24,262 nucleotides of DNA from Microcoleaceae cyanobacterium (GCA_051652765.1 JBOFUV010000063.1:1-24262); one strand, 5' to 3'; positions 1 to 9,390 are shown, counted from the first letter of the stretch. Notes: generated by a model from the sequence alone, not told the origin. Translations and numbers: made by a program.

Positions 1-3000
1 TCCAGGCTGATGATGTTGTGACCATTGAGTCCATCGACAATAATGCTTGGATCTCCGACCCCAGTTAAATTATTGCCTAGGCCAGATTGGTCTGTCCATC
101 CTGTGACCAAATCAATCCCACTGGTACTAACGCCGTTATCCCCGTCTAGGTGCAGCACTAAACCATTGGTGACAGGGGGCCCTGAAACTGCAGAAACGGT
201 GGCCAAAACACTCGCAGTGGATGTTCTACCCGTTGAGTCTTCAATCGTGTAAGTAAAGGTCTCATTCCCGGTAAAGCCATTGCCAGGAGTATAAATCAGG
301 CGATCGCCAGCCCCATTGATGCTGACAGCGCTGCCATTTGCAGTTGTAATGGCGGCTACATTATTTGAGCCTAACCCTGTGATACTAATAGTGTCTCCGG
401 GATCAGGATCACTGTCGTTCGCGAGGACATTGAGGAGGTTGTTTTGGCTACCTGCCACAGCTTCCACTGCATCATTTCCGGCAACGGGGGGTTCTGGGTC
501 TGGATTCGGATCATCAATAACGTAGTTGGCAATGTAGGTCTGGTTGGTCTCTGGGGCAGATAGAGTTAATGCAGGTGTTGTTCCGACAACTGATGCACCT
601 GCTGACCAGTTTGCAAATACATATGGAACGTTCCCTAGCTGAACATTGGTCGGTGCTGTGACACCATGCTGGAAATTAACCGCTGTGTCAACGTCAAACG
701 GATTAGCATCTGTACTGGTTCGTGCAAATCCATCCAGGGTAAAGTTGAAATTGCCGGGAAGATTGTCATTGAAGCCAATGTCAACTTTTTTGGGAAAGAT
801 TGAAAAGGAGTCTATTGCAGTCAAACCTTCTGAATCTGTCACGGTCAACAGAAACTCAAAACCAACCTGAAAGTCAGCAGAAAATCCATGCTCTGTTGTG
901 GTCACGTTGAATGTTCCGCTACTGCCCTGGAAGTCATTGACCTCTGGGTGGGTATGCTCATCGTGGATAAACTGAACGTCCCAGTTGTAGCTACTTTCAA
1001 CTAATGAACCGTCTGGGTCAGTTGCCTGAGCCTCAAACAAGATTGTATCTCCAGCCTTAAAAAGATCAACGCCTTCCTCAAACAGGGTTCCGTTTTGCTT
1101 CCGCAGGATAATATTTGCAGTTGGGGGAGTACCCAAGGCAATCGGGGGTAACGTGTATCGATCTTCTAACTGACCATCTGAAACAACCAGTTGAGGTGTG
1201 TACTGGCCATTAGAAGAATAGGTATGACTGACACTTGCGCCCGTTGCTTGCGTGCTATCTCCAAAGTCCCAAGTGTAGGTAAGGGAATCTCCATTGGCAT
1301 CAGTTGCAACGCCCGTGAAATCAACAGTTAAACCATTGTCTACTACAGCGGTTGTGGATTGTTCATTGATGATAGGGGGAGAATTACCACTGTTCGGATC
1401 GTTGTAGGTGATACGACGCACTTCTCCGGGCTGACCTCCTGGCCTTGAAAGGTTAAGGTAATACAGGGCTCCATCTGGCCCTTGTTCAATAAATACAGGT
1501 CGCTTGACAGGGCCATCCACCTCGAAATTAAAGGAATCAACTGCGGATGTTGATGGATCGGCATCAATGACATTCCCATTGGTACCAAATTTCAGGTAAT
1601 GCATGGTGTTCCGGACAAAGTCTGCGTAAAAATAGGCTCCCTGAAATTCATTAGGGAACATGGTTCCTCGGTAAACCGTTCCGCCAATGATTGCAGCGCC
1701 ATTATCCGCAGCGTGCTGATACTGAAAGATTGGATCAGTTAACCCTGGGGCTCCATTGGAAGTGCCTTCATGGAGGTTCCACCCCAAGTTCGCCCCCCCT
1801 GAATTCAGGCTAATCCGATTCACCTCTTCCCAAGTATCGAAGCCAACATCGCCGATATATAAATGATTGCTTTGAAAATCCCAATCTGATCTAAACGGAT
1901 TCCGCACACCATAGGCCCAAATTTCCGGAAGAGCACCTGGGGTGTTCACAAACGGATTGTCTTGTGGAATTGTGCCGTCTTTATTCATCCGCAGAACTTT
2001 GCCTTCGAACAAAGACAAATTCTGAGCCCGCTCAGGGGCACTAAATCCCTTATCACCAAGGGTTAAATACAGCTTCCCATCTGGCCCAAAGTTGAGGCCC
2101 CCGCCGTAGTGATCGGGTGGGCCTGCTGCAGTTGGGTCTTGCCAAATTACAGTTTCACTATTGAGGCTGCCAGTATTGCCTTGATGTTCAAAGCGAGAAA
2201 TCTGGAACTGCTTGTTTGAACCGAGGGTGTAATACAAATAAAAATGGTTATTCGTCTCAAAATTTGGATCTAAAGCAATATCAATCAAACCTTTTTCTGA
2301 GGCAGTATTGATATCTGGCAAGGTCATGTAGGTGCTGAATGTGGGCACAGATGCCTCAAGATCTGCAATATAGACTGTTCCCAGCTTACTGAGAATCAGT
2401 GCCCGACCATCAGGTAGCCATTCCATTGAGATTGGATCAACTAAGCCTGAGAGCACTAGCTCGTTTGTAAAGTTGGGATCATTTGGCACAACCGGGTCGT
2501 TATGAAAATGCCCTTCATGGAAAATACCGTCATAACTTTCTAGCGGATCGGCTTGAAACGCCAACTCTGACTCGATCGATCCAGTTGTTACTTCAAAAGC
2601 CCAGTTTCCACCTAGGGCACTACTACCCGTTAAGTCATCTGAGGCGGCGATATCTGCTCCTGTGAACTGAGCTAGCTGACTCATCAAGTCTTGGTCTTGC
2701 CCAAGGTTGCAACCGTAAACTAAGATATCTGCTTCTGAAGTTAGAGATTCTGCCCACTGAGTTAAACCATCTTTATATTCATTCAAATTGCTTGAAGTCA
2801 GTTCCGTTGAACCAAGCTTGAAGCCTTGTGTATTTCCGTGGGAAATAATATGAATCGACTCTACATTATCCTTCTGAAGGAGTACCTCGGAGATTTGGTC
2901 GATCCCAGCTTGATGAGTATCAAGAACAACAACCTCAAACCCTGGTTTTGCAGAGAAAATAAGGCTGTTATAGTTCGGTATGCTGGGATCAATAAATAGT

Positions 3001-3032
3001 AGATTAACCTCTGATTCGAATATTGTCTCCAT
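1..3032 (-). CDS. Large secreted/surface protein; C-terminal end lies beyond the left edge of the window. DUF4347 + PQQ-dependent sugar (glucose/sorbosone) dehydrogenase-like domain + PKD + cadherin/Ig-like repeats + start of a LamG-like domain (>1010 aa)
   Basis: Manual minus-strand translation from ATG 3032 is open to the window edge. DUF4347 motifs: METIFESEVNLLFIDPSI..SIHIISHG..ADILVYGCNL..GADIAASDDLTG..GGNW. GSDH-type motifs: EKGLIDIALDPNF..HYGGGLNFGPDGKLYLTLGD..GKVLRMNKDGTIPQDNPF..EIWAYGVRNPFR. PKD motif: LTYTWDFGD..SHTY. Ig-like: NVLANDSDPD..FTYTIED. LamG-like start: GLVLHLDGD..WTDQSG. Absent from the ORF track because its stop codon is outside the window. Confidence 0.9.
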   Translation of the reverse strand, partial: METIFESEVNLLFIDPSIPNYNSLIFSAKPGFEVVVLDTHQAGIDQISEVLLQKDNVESIHIISHGNTQGFKLGSTELTSSNLNEYKDGLTQWAESLTSEADILVYGCNLGQDQDLMSQLAQFTGADIAASDDLTGSSALGGNWAFEVTTGSIESELAFQADPLESYDGIFHEGHFHNDPVVPNDPNFTNELVLSGLVDPISMEWLPDGRALILSKLGTVYIADLEASVPTFSTYMTLPDINTASEKGLIDIALDPNFETNNHFYLYYTLGSNKQFQISRFEHQGNTGSLNSETVIWQDPTAAGPPDHYGGGLNFGPDGKLYLTLGDKGFSAPERAQNLSLFEGKVLRMNKDGTIPQDNPFVNTPGALPEIWAYGVRNPFRSDWDFQSNHLYIGDVGFDTWEEVNRISLNSGGANLGWNLHEGTSNGAPGLTDPIFQYQHAADNGAAIIGGTVYRGTMFPNEFQGAYFYADFVRNTMHYLKFGTNGNVIDADPSTSAVDSFNFEVDGPVKRPVFIEQGPDGALYYLNLSRPGGQPGEVRRITYNDPNSGNSPPIINEQSTTAVVDNGLTVDFTGVATDANGDSLTYTWDFGDSTQATGASVSHTYSSNGQYTPQLVVSDGQLEDRYTLPPIALGTPPTANIILRKQNGTLFEEGVDLFKAGDTILFEAQATDPDGSLVESSYNWDVQFIHDEHTHPEVNDFQGSSGTFNVTTTEHGFSADFQVGFEFLLTVTDSEGLTAIDSFSIFPKKVDIGFNDNLPGNFNFTLDGFARTSTDANPFDVDTAVNFQHGVTAPTNVQLGNVPYVFANWSAGASVVGTTPALTLSAPETNQTYIANYVIDDPNPDPEPPVAGNDAVEAVAGSQNNLLNVLANDSDPDPGDTISITGLGSNNVAAITTANGSAVSINGAGDRLIYTPGNGFTGNETFTYTIEDSTGRTSTASVLATVSAVSGPPVTNGLVLHLDGDNGVSTSGIDLVTGWTDQSGLGNNLTGVGDPSIIVDGLNGHNIISL

Positions 3033-3304
3033 AAAACCCTAATACCCTGCAATGTTTTACAATTCTTGTAAGGACATCCGGTTGGATAATCGCTTGATCC
3101 CAATTCTAGGGAAAATTACATAGCAATGTAAGCATAAAATTTGACCTTGTTCAAATCTTTACAATGAGCTTTAATTTTGTAGGGCTTTTGTAAAGAGAAA
3201 CAGATAGACTAATCAGTCATGATGTATGAGATGTCTTTGGGTATAAGCTTCTACCCTGCGTTGGTAAGATGCCCACTCCACGTTCATGCTTCCAATCAAA
3301 TTGC

Positions 3305-3415
3305 TATAGCAATCCTCAATCAATTGTGAGAAAACCAAAAAGGGATTTGGAAGAAAACTCTTCAGGTAAAGCATTCCCCTTCAGTCCATTTCACACGTTA
3401 TTTGGGATTGCTATA
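3305..3415. mobile_element. MITE-like miniature inverted-repeat element (~111 bp)
   Basis: Imperfect terminal inverted repeats: left TATAGCAATCCTCAATCAATTGTGAGA; right (reverse complement) TATAGCAATCCCAAATAACGTGTGAAA. The outer 11 bp match perfectly, both ends are TA, and there is no internal ORF. Resembles the common cyanobacterial TATAGCAATCC..GGATTGCTATA repeat. Confidence 0.75.
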
Positions 3416-3438
3416 TTGACAGGTACGGTTGAAATAAA

Positions 3439-3815
3439 TTAGGACTCAATAATTGGATTAGGAGGTATATCCAACGCCGGATTTTGGTCGAAGAAGTTCC
3501 AGGGCTTCAGCTTAAAATGCATCTGATGGACAGGCATAATCGGCCAATCTTCAGCCCGAACCATGTGAGTCGTTCCCATCGTATACCACAGAACAACATC
3601 CTCTCCCATTAACGGCTCATTATCTAGAACATAGGAGGGTAGGCCCTGGCCAGGAATACCTTGGTTGGGATAGTCCCCAGCTCCGTAGCGTTCATCGGGA
3701 TTGTACTGGGTGACCCAGACATGGTGATCGGTAAAACCTGCCAGTTGACGAGCCTCAGCATAGGGAGACAATTGATTAAAGGCATTTTCTCCCGGCATCA
3801 GCATATAGGTAGTAG
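3439..3815 (-). pseudogene. C-terminal fragment (~125 aa) of a copper-containing primary amine oxidase (TynA/AGAO family)
   Basis: YMLMPGEN..AGFTDHHVWVTQYNPDERYGAGDYPNQG..EDVVLWYTMGTTHMVRAEDWPIMPVH..LKPWNFFDQNPALD matches the conserved C-terminus of enzymes of ~630-750 aa. The upstream TPQ (NYD/EY) and HxH regions are absent and the sequence beyond ~3815 is unrelated. Confidence 0.85.
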
Positions 3816-3993
3816 ACGCACATTGCCGGACTGCTAGATTGAAAGACACACTATCTGTCTGAAATCTGATATCCTTCCAGGGTGATCGCGTTTTCTTATC
3901 AGGAGGTTGATTCCTTTAAGCGAAAACGCATTGAGTTTTGACTTCATTCTGCAATTCCTGATTCACCAATAACCCAAATTGGAAACATACCTT

Positions 3994-4632
3994 ATGTCTA
4001 CATTCAAATACAATCGTCTAGACAAGAATAATGCTGCGGTTTTGCTGGTTGATCACCAAACTGGACTGTTCTCGCTTGTGCGCGATATTGGTGCCGCTGA
4101 CTTCAAAAATAATGTACTGGCGCTGGCAAGTGCAGCCAAGTTTTTTAACCTGCCTACCATTTTGACCACTAGCTTTGAGGACGGTCCCAATGGAGTCATC
4201 CTGCCGGAATTGAAGGAAAAGTTTCCTGATGCTCCCTTTATTCCACGCCCCGGACAGATCAACGCTTGGGATAATGAGGAATTTGTTAAAGCAGTAGAAA
4301 CAACCGGCAAGAAGCAGTTGATCATTGCTGGAATTGTCACCGATGTATGTGTTACTTTTTGTGCGCTTTCGGCATTGGAGGCAGGTTATGAAGTTTTTGT
4401 TGTCACCGACGCCTCTGGAACCTTCGATGAAGCCTGTCGCTATGCAGCTTGGAATCGGATGTCTCGTGCTGGAGTTCAGTTGGTCAATTGGTTTAGCGTT
4501 GTGTGTGAATTGCACCGTGACTGGCGTAACGATATTGAAGGACTGGGTAGTCTCTTAGGAGGGTTTATTCCTGACTACAAAAACCTGATGACCAGCTATG
4601 CAGCAACGGCAAATGCTGAATCTCCCAAATAA
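3994..4632 (+). CDS. ycaC: YcaC-like isochorismatase-family cysteine hydrolase
   Basis: MSTFKYNRLDKNNAAVLLVDHQTGL..PTILTTSFEDGPNG..RPGQINAWDN..AGIVTDVCV..ELHRDWRND; ATG at 3994 downstream of GGAAA. Confidence 0.9.
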   Translation: MSTFKYNRLDKNNAAVLLVDHQTGLFSLVRDIGAADFKNNVLALASAAKFFNLPTILTTSFEDGPNGVILPELKEKFPDAPFIPRPGQINAWDNEEFVKAVETTGKKQLIIAGIVTDVCVTFCALSALEAGYEVFVVTDASGTFDEACRYAAWNRMSRAGVQLVNWFSVVCELHRDWRNDIEGLGSLLGGFIPDYKNLMTSYAATANAESPK

Positions 4633-4700
4633 ATAGTCAGCGCCTCTAACTCGTGTGTCAAAGAATAAAGTAATAACCCAATAGAATCGGAGGAACGCAA

Positions 4701-5521
4701 ATGCTTGATCGAGAGAACGTCCAGAATCCCCATGCAGATTTAATCCTCAAATTGATGGCTTGCATTGGTTTTTTGACCATGCTGAAACCATCAGTGATCG
4801 CAATCTCGATCGAGTCCGCACCCTCAGTGGTGGGATTGCGATTCAACATCGGATGGCATATCAAGGCGAATATTTTATCGATCGCTATGGATCACAAGCC
4901 GCTCAACTTACTCCACCGATTGATCAGATGTTAGCCCTGGATATTCCAGTCGGCGCGGGAACAGATGCCACGCGAGTTGCAAGTAACCCCTTCGTGTCGC
5001 GGATGGTTACAGGTAAAACTGTGGGCGGAACGGCGATGTATCCAGAGCAAAATTGTCTCGATCGTATGGAAGCCTTACGTCGCTACACGGTTGGAAGTGC
5101 TTGGTTCTCTAATGAGGAAAGGAAGAAAGGGGCGATCGTCCCCGGACAATTGGCGGATTTAGTGGTTCTGAGCGACGATTATTTCGCGATTCCAGCCGAA
5201 CAAATCAAACATTTAGAGTCGGTTCTGACCATTGTGGGCGGTAAAGTGGTGTATGGTGCAGGTGATTTCGCCATTCTATCACCGCCACCGCTCCCAGTCA
5301 GCCCCGATTGGTCTCCGGTGAAGTATTGCGGCGGGCGGCTACGCCCGATCGGGCGCAGCGCCCTTAGCATCGACCCCCGAATCGGGTCACAAATCCTTCC
5401 ATATTGGTTGCTGTGTCCATTTCCCGTTTGCAACTGGGGAAAATTATCCCATAGCCTTAACCAAGCCGGATCGCTATCGAGTTTGTGGGGCGGAATGGGT
5501 TGTAGTTGTTTTGCCTTTTAA
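4701..5521 (+). pseudogene. Amidohydrolase_3 (YtcJ-like) pseudogene with a large out-of-frame internal deletion
   Basis: RBS GGAGG and ATG 4701 give MLDRENVQNPHADLILK, a typical family N-terminus. At ~4750 this is joined in a different frame to IDGLHWFFDHAETIS..QHRMAYQGE..GAGTDATRVAS..KKGAIVPGQLADLVVLS..LTIVGGKVVY..GCSCFAF, the C-terminal part of the family. Confidence 0.85.
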
Positions 5522-5537
5522 AGATAGAGAGAAACCG

Positions 5538-6110
5538 ATGACTCAGGTGATTTTGGATAGCGATCGACAACTCGTGACTGCGGTTATTTGCCATCTAGTA
5601 AAACCTGGTCAGGAAGAGGCTTACGAGCATTGGCTGCATGATATTTCTACAGTCGCCCAGCAATTTGCCGGACATTCTGGAGTCAGCTTTGTTCGTCCCG
5701 CAGATGCCAGCCACTCTGAATATGCGATTATCCTCAAATTTGATTGCTATCAGCATCTCAAAGCCTGGATGGATTCCCCCATTCGGCAAAGTTGGATTGA
5801 CAAAGCCCAACCACTGGTGCAAAGCGAACAAAAAGTCCAAGTTCTCACCGGACTCGAAACTTGGTTCACATTGCCAGGAAAACTCGTGCAGCGGCCACCA
5901 AAACGTTACAAAATGGCAATTTTGACAGCTCTAGCGGTCTTTGCCATTGCTCAAGTCTTGGGGCTGGTGGTTGCCCCTCTATTGACCAGTTTTCCTTCCT
6001 TATTGCGATCGTTTGTGCTCACAGTGGCCACTGTTTTGATCTTGACTTATGTGATTATGCCCCGTGTAACGCGATTATTTTATGGCTGGCTGTATCCAAA
6101 ACACAGATAA
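5538..6110 (+). CDS. Antibiotic biosynthesis monooxygenase (ABM)-domain protein with C-terminal membrane helices
   Basis: VTAVICHLVKPGQEEAYEHW..FAGHSG..FDCYQHLKAWMDSPIRQSW..TGLETWFTLP..PPKRYKMA followed by two hydrophobic helices and YVIMPRVTRLFYGWL; ATG at 5538. Confidence 0.85.
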   Translation: MTQVILDSDRQLVTAVICHLVKPGQEEAYEHWLHDISTVAQQFAGHSGVSFVRPADASHSEYAIILKFDCYQHLKAWMDSPIRQSWIDKAQPLVQSEQKVQVLTGLETWFTLPGKLVQRPPKRYKMAILTALAVFAIAQVLGLVVAPLLTSFPSLLRSFVLTVATVLILTYVIMPRVTRLFYGWLYPKHR

Positions 6111-6134
6111 GGGGACTGCGTCCCCAAACCCCGC
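6111..6134. repeat. Short palindromic dispersed repeat / possible terminator hairpin
   Basis: GGGGAC-TGC-GTCCCC followed by AAACCCCGC, directly after the ABM stop codon and between convergent genes. Confidence 0.5.
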
Positions 6135-6260
6135 TCTAGTTTTTCTTACATCTAGTTACTGATCGCCGTATCTGAAAAATACTGTAAGTGCAAGCATCCT
6201 AATCTGCAGCATCGGTTCGATATCACTGTTTAGAATTACCATCCCAGGAAAGCGGGGAGT

Positions 6261-6851
6261 TTACTTGCGTTGTAATTGGCGCGACAGGAAGATTTCAGTC
6301 ACCTGATTGTTTCTCAATGTAAACGATAGAGAGACTGGCATTGTACTGGAAGAGTAATGATAAACTTCTCCATCATCACCCTGTTGCTCAATACTGGAAG
6401 GGACACCGTAGGTTTCAACAACTTTTTGACGAGTATCATTGACTCGAACGCCGTTGCGGGTGGCCAACTTGTCATTGATCAACTGCACAGAGAACACCAC
6501 AAACTCGCTGGAGTTTCCTTCTTCAACCAGTTGAATCCCGTGAATCCCGATGTCGCTGTATTCAAGATATCGCTCGTTGCCAATCAGTGAAGTCTTGTCC
6601 TCAATCACCTGCTCTGGTTCCCCCAGTCGCGATCGCACCTCTGCCTCGGTCAACAAGATAGAGATGCCGCCAACTTCTAGGCTTTCAATGGGGAGAGGCG
6701 TACCTTGGGCTAGGACTCTGTTGGATGGTTCGGTATTAGGGTTAACTGGAGGCATTTTAGATTGAAGCGCAGCTCTAGACATAGACAAATAACCGCTGAT
6801 CAGGATTGTGCCTAAAACAAGTGAACTTGTGAGCCAGAGAAAACGTTGCAT
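6261..6851 (-). CDS. Hypothetical exported/membrane-anchored protein
   Basis: 196-aa ORF with N-terminal hydrophobic segment and two similar motifs, EAEVRSRLGEPEQV and RQKVVETYGVPSSI (BLIP/SmpA-like). Confidence 0.7.
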   Translation of the reverse strand: MQRFLWLTSSLVLGTILISGYLSMSRAALQSKMPPVNPNTEPSNRVLAQGTPLPIESLEVGGISILLTEAEVRSRLGEPEQVIEDKTSLIGNERYLEYSDIGIHGIQLVEEGNSSEFVVFSVQLINDKLATRNGVRVNDTRQKVVETYGVPSSIEQQGDDGEVYHYSSSTMPVSLSFTLRNNQVTEIFLSRQLQRK

Positions 6852-6916
6852 AAGTTGATTTTGATGACAAATGATCTGTTTTGAAGTAAAGGGTGGGACG
6901 GATTTAATGCGGGAAA

Positions 6917-8275
6917 TTACAGAGGGCGCTGAATCACAGTTTCAATGATTCGTCGCTTTGCCTTAGGATCAATCCCTAACAATCGGACATAATCCTTGGG
7001 ATGATCAACCAAACATGCTTCAATCGATCGAACGACCTCAAGATTTTGACCACTGGTTGTTAAGGAATAACTATTCCAAGATCCGGTTTTAAATCGCCGA
7101 GGGTCAGCATATTCTAAGCCAATTTGATAGCCATTTTCTAAGATTTGTTCGACTTGCTTGACGATCTCCAAACTCAAGCGAGTACTCACCGCTTGACCTC
7201 GTTCAATCACTGTTGAGCCCTGTTCATCGCCTTGAATTACAGTCGTAGCTTGGCTCTCTGGACGATGGGGAGGCATGATAGGATTGTACGGTAGATGAGT
7301 CGGTATAGTGGGTTGAAGATTTGTCGTAGAGGTTGTCGGAATCGTTCCTGGATTCTGTTGAGGACTTTGTTGAGTATTCTGTTGAATATTAAATGTACGG
7401 AATCGGTTATATTCCTCAACCAGTCGTAACTCTTGAATCCGCTGTTGTTCAGCAACCATTTCGTTGCCAATCTTAATTAAATGGGACAGAGAAAAGTTGG
7501 GAGTTTGAAACTTTGGAGCTGCTTCCAAGCTGTTGACGATGCGCTTTGAAACTTGATCGAAGCCAATTTGATAAATAAAATCCCGAATTTGTTCGTCATA
7601 AATTCGCGATCGCAGCGCACTAAAGAAGTCAATGGCCTGCTGAGAAAATTCATTCACGAGCTTGGCAATCTCTGGATTTGCCAGCCCATCAGCTTGAAAA
7701 ATCCCCTCCACAACGCCAATGCGTTCTGCCAAAGTCGGTTCCCAATAAAATTTGGCCATCCGTCCATCTCGAACTAAAGGAGCATAGAGGGTCGAAAAAT
7801 CATTCCCAGTTACAATAATTGGAATGCGTTGTAACGGTGTTTCATCATAGCTTCCAGGCAACTGGACATTGGTTGGGTTATCGGCAATATTCATCAAGGT
7901 GGCATTGACCAACTGAGTATTGACAGTATATTGAGTTCCGGAATCAAACCGTCCGGCCCCGGCATCCAGATCATTGATAAAAACAGCCCCCATTTTTCCT
8001 TGCACCCGCACCTGTTCAGCCGCCTCTCGATAACGGAGTCGGAGCAACCGGGCTGGATCTCCGGCATCAGGGCTTTCGAGTTCTCCCCCAGACATCATGA
8101 CTGGATCAATCCCAAGCTTTCCAAAGACCAATTCGCACTGAAAGGTTTTACCCTCGCCTTTACGCCCATGAATCCCCAAAATTAAAGGCACTCGAATCTG
8201 GGGCAGATTGAGAAAATTCTTGGTAATGTGAACAGCGAGGGTATCTAGAAATCGGGGGGAAATGTAGTATGACAT
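6917..8275 (-). CDS. rca: Rubisco activase-like AAA+ protein (Rca/ALC) with C-terminal RbcS-like (SSUL) domain
   Basis: MSYYISPRFLD..LILGIHGRKGEGKTFQ (Walker A)..FINDLDAGAGR (Walker B)..QYTVNTQLVNATLMNIADNPTNVQLPG..RDGRMAKFYW; Q/T/P-rich linker; SSUL GYQIGLEYADPRRFKTGSW..YVRLLGIDPKAKRR. ATG at 8275. Confidence 0.93.
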   Translation of the reverse strand: MSYYISPRFLDTLAVHITKNFLNLPQIRVPLILGIHGRKGEGKTFQCELVFGKLGIDPVMMSGGELESPDAGDPARLLRLRYREAAEQVRVQGKMGAVFINDLDAGAGRFDSGTQYTVNTQLVNATLMNIADNPTNVQLPGSYDETPLQRIPIIVTGNDFSTLYAPLVRDGRMAKFYWEPTLAERIGVVEGIFQADGLANPEIAKLVNEFSQQAIDFFSALRSRIYDEQIRDFIYQIGFDQVSKRIVNSLEAAPKFQTPNFSLSHLIKIGNEMVAEQQRIQELRLVEEYNRFRTFNIQQNTQQSPQQNPGTIPTTSTTNLQPTIPTHLPYNPIMPPHRPESQATTVIQGDEQGSTVIERGQAVSTRLSLEIVKQVEQILENGYQIGLEYADPRRFKTGSWNSYSLTTSGQNLEVVRSIEACLVDHPKDYVRLLGIDPKAKRRIIETVIQRPL

Positions 8276-8455
8276 GCAGTTAAAACCGTTGAAGGTGCTA
8301 GCCAGAAGAATCAACTTATTAATCTACAACAGTTCTACATGTGGCAACTCTCTTAAGAATCATGGCCATGCCATAATCTGAAGACCTGCAACAAATTGAT
8401 CGAATTCAGGTAAACTATGAATTGTTAGTCAATAACTCGAGTGAGTTGAGGAGGA

Positions 8456-8659
8456 ATGATGATTCTGCCAGGTTCTGCAGTTCGAGTGGTCAATGAAGGC
8501 GATATCTACTACGGCTTTCAGGGACAAGTCCAGCGAGTCAGTGATGGTAAAGTTGCCGTCCTGTTTGAAGGTGGAAATTGGGATAAGTTAGTCACATTTC
8601 GGCCATCAGAGTTAGAGGCCGCAGACACTACTGCAGGTCGTAAAGCGGCGAAGAAGTAA
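8456..8659 (+). CDS. ndhS: NAD(P)H dehydrogenase-like (NDH-1) complex subunit S
   Basis: [50 protein letters not shown] upstream; true start may be 8459. Confidence 0.93.
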   Translation: MMILPGSAVRVVNEGDIYYGFQGQVQRVSDGKVAVLFEGGNWDKLVTFRPSELEAADTTAGRKAAKK

Positions 8660-8695
8660 TGGCAAAGACGTAATTTCTCTCTGGGTTCAACCGCC

Positions 8696-9367
8696 ATGCG
8701 GCTGCCGTTTCCTCAATTTACTCCGACTCATCGTCATCCCAATCACTTGGCCGAAGTGATTGAGACTTCAACGTCGGAATTCCTGGCTCAGTGCATGGAA
8801 CCAGACGACCTCAAGTTTCCGATAATGCCTGCTTTTGGAAGTTGGGTCAAGGCCGTTGATGAGGAGTCTGGCAACCCAGTTTATGGCGTGGTCTACCATG
8901 CAACCACCAGTCCTGTAGATTCTGTGCATCGGGCCCGAGCCTTGGGGTTGTCTCTCGAAGAATTGCGGGAACAGCAACCTCAGATTTTTGCCATGTTGCA
9001 GACGGAGTTTAAGGCCGCCATTGTTGGATTTGAGGTGGTGAACCCAGGAGGCGGTAATGGCTCGAAGTCCTGTCGAGGAACTGTTTATCAATATATTCCA
9101 CCTCGTCCTCCCCAAATTCATCAGGGGGTTTATCGCTGTGAATCGGTGGAGATTCTGCACTTCAGTGAACAGTTTGATTTTCTCAGAACGTTGTTGCAGG
9201 TTGGCAATGCTCCGGTAGATGCTCTGACGGCGGCGGCAATTCGAGAGGTTTACCAGCTTCGCCAAGGAGATCGCGCCTGGTTAGTTGAAGCAGGGCGCAT
9301 GTTAAGTGTGTTGTTAAAAGATGACTATGATCGGCTACGGGGGATTCTTAGACAGATTCATCCTTAG
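8696..9367 (+). CDS. HAS-barrel domain protein (conserved cyanobacterial neighbour of ndhS)
   Basis: MRLPFPQF..HPNHLAEVIETSTSEFLAQC..MPAFGSWV..DSVHRARALGLSLEELREQQPQIFAML..LLKDDYDRL. Confidence 0.8.
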   Translation: MRLPFPQFTPTHRHPNHLAEVIETSTSEFLAQCMEPDDLKFPIMPAFGSWVKAVDEESGNPVYGVVYHATTSPVDSVHRARALGLSLEELREQQPQIFAMLQTEFKAAIVGFEVVNPGGGNGSKSCRGTVYQYIPPRPPQIHQGVYRCESVEILHFSEQFDFLRTLLQVGNAPVDALTAAAIREVYQLRQGDRAWLVEAGRMLSVLLKDDYDRLRGILRQIHP

Positions 9368-9384
9368 TGACCTGCCATTTAAGC

Positions 9385-9390
9385 TATACT
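9385..9390 (+). promoter_or_regulatory. Probable -10 element of the rpsB promoter
   Basis: TATACT about 15 nt upstream of the rpsB leader motif. Confidence 0.5.

Noticed and set aside
25..3103. Short ORFs listed in the track over 25-3103
   Set aside because: They are antisense or off-frame shadows of the long minus-strand gene starting at 3032.
4760..5521. Intact 253-aa amidohydrolase
   Set aside because: It begins mid-domain at a TTG and lacks the N-terminal metal-binding region; the true start at 4701 is in another frame.
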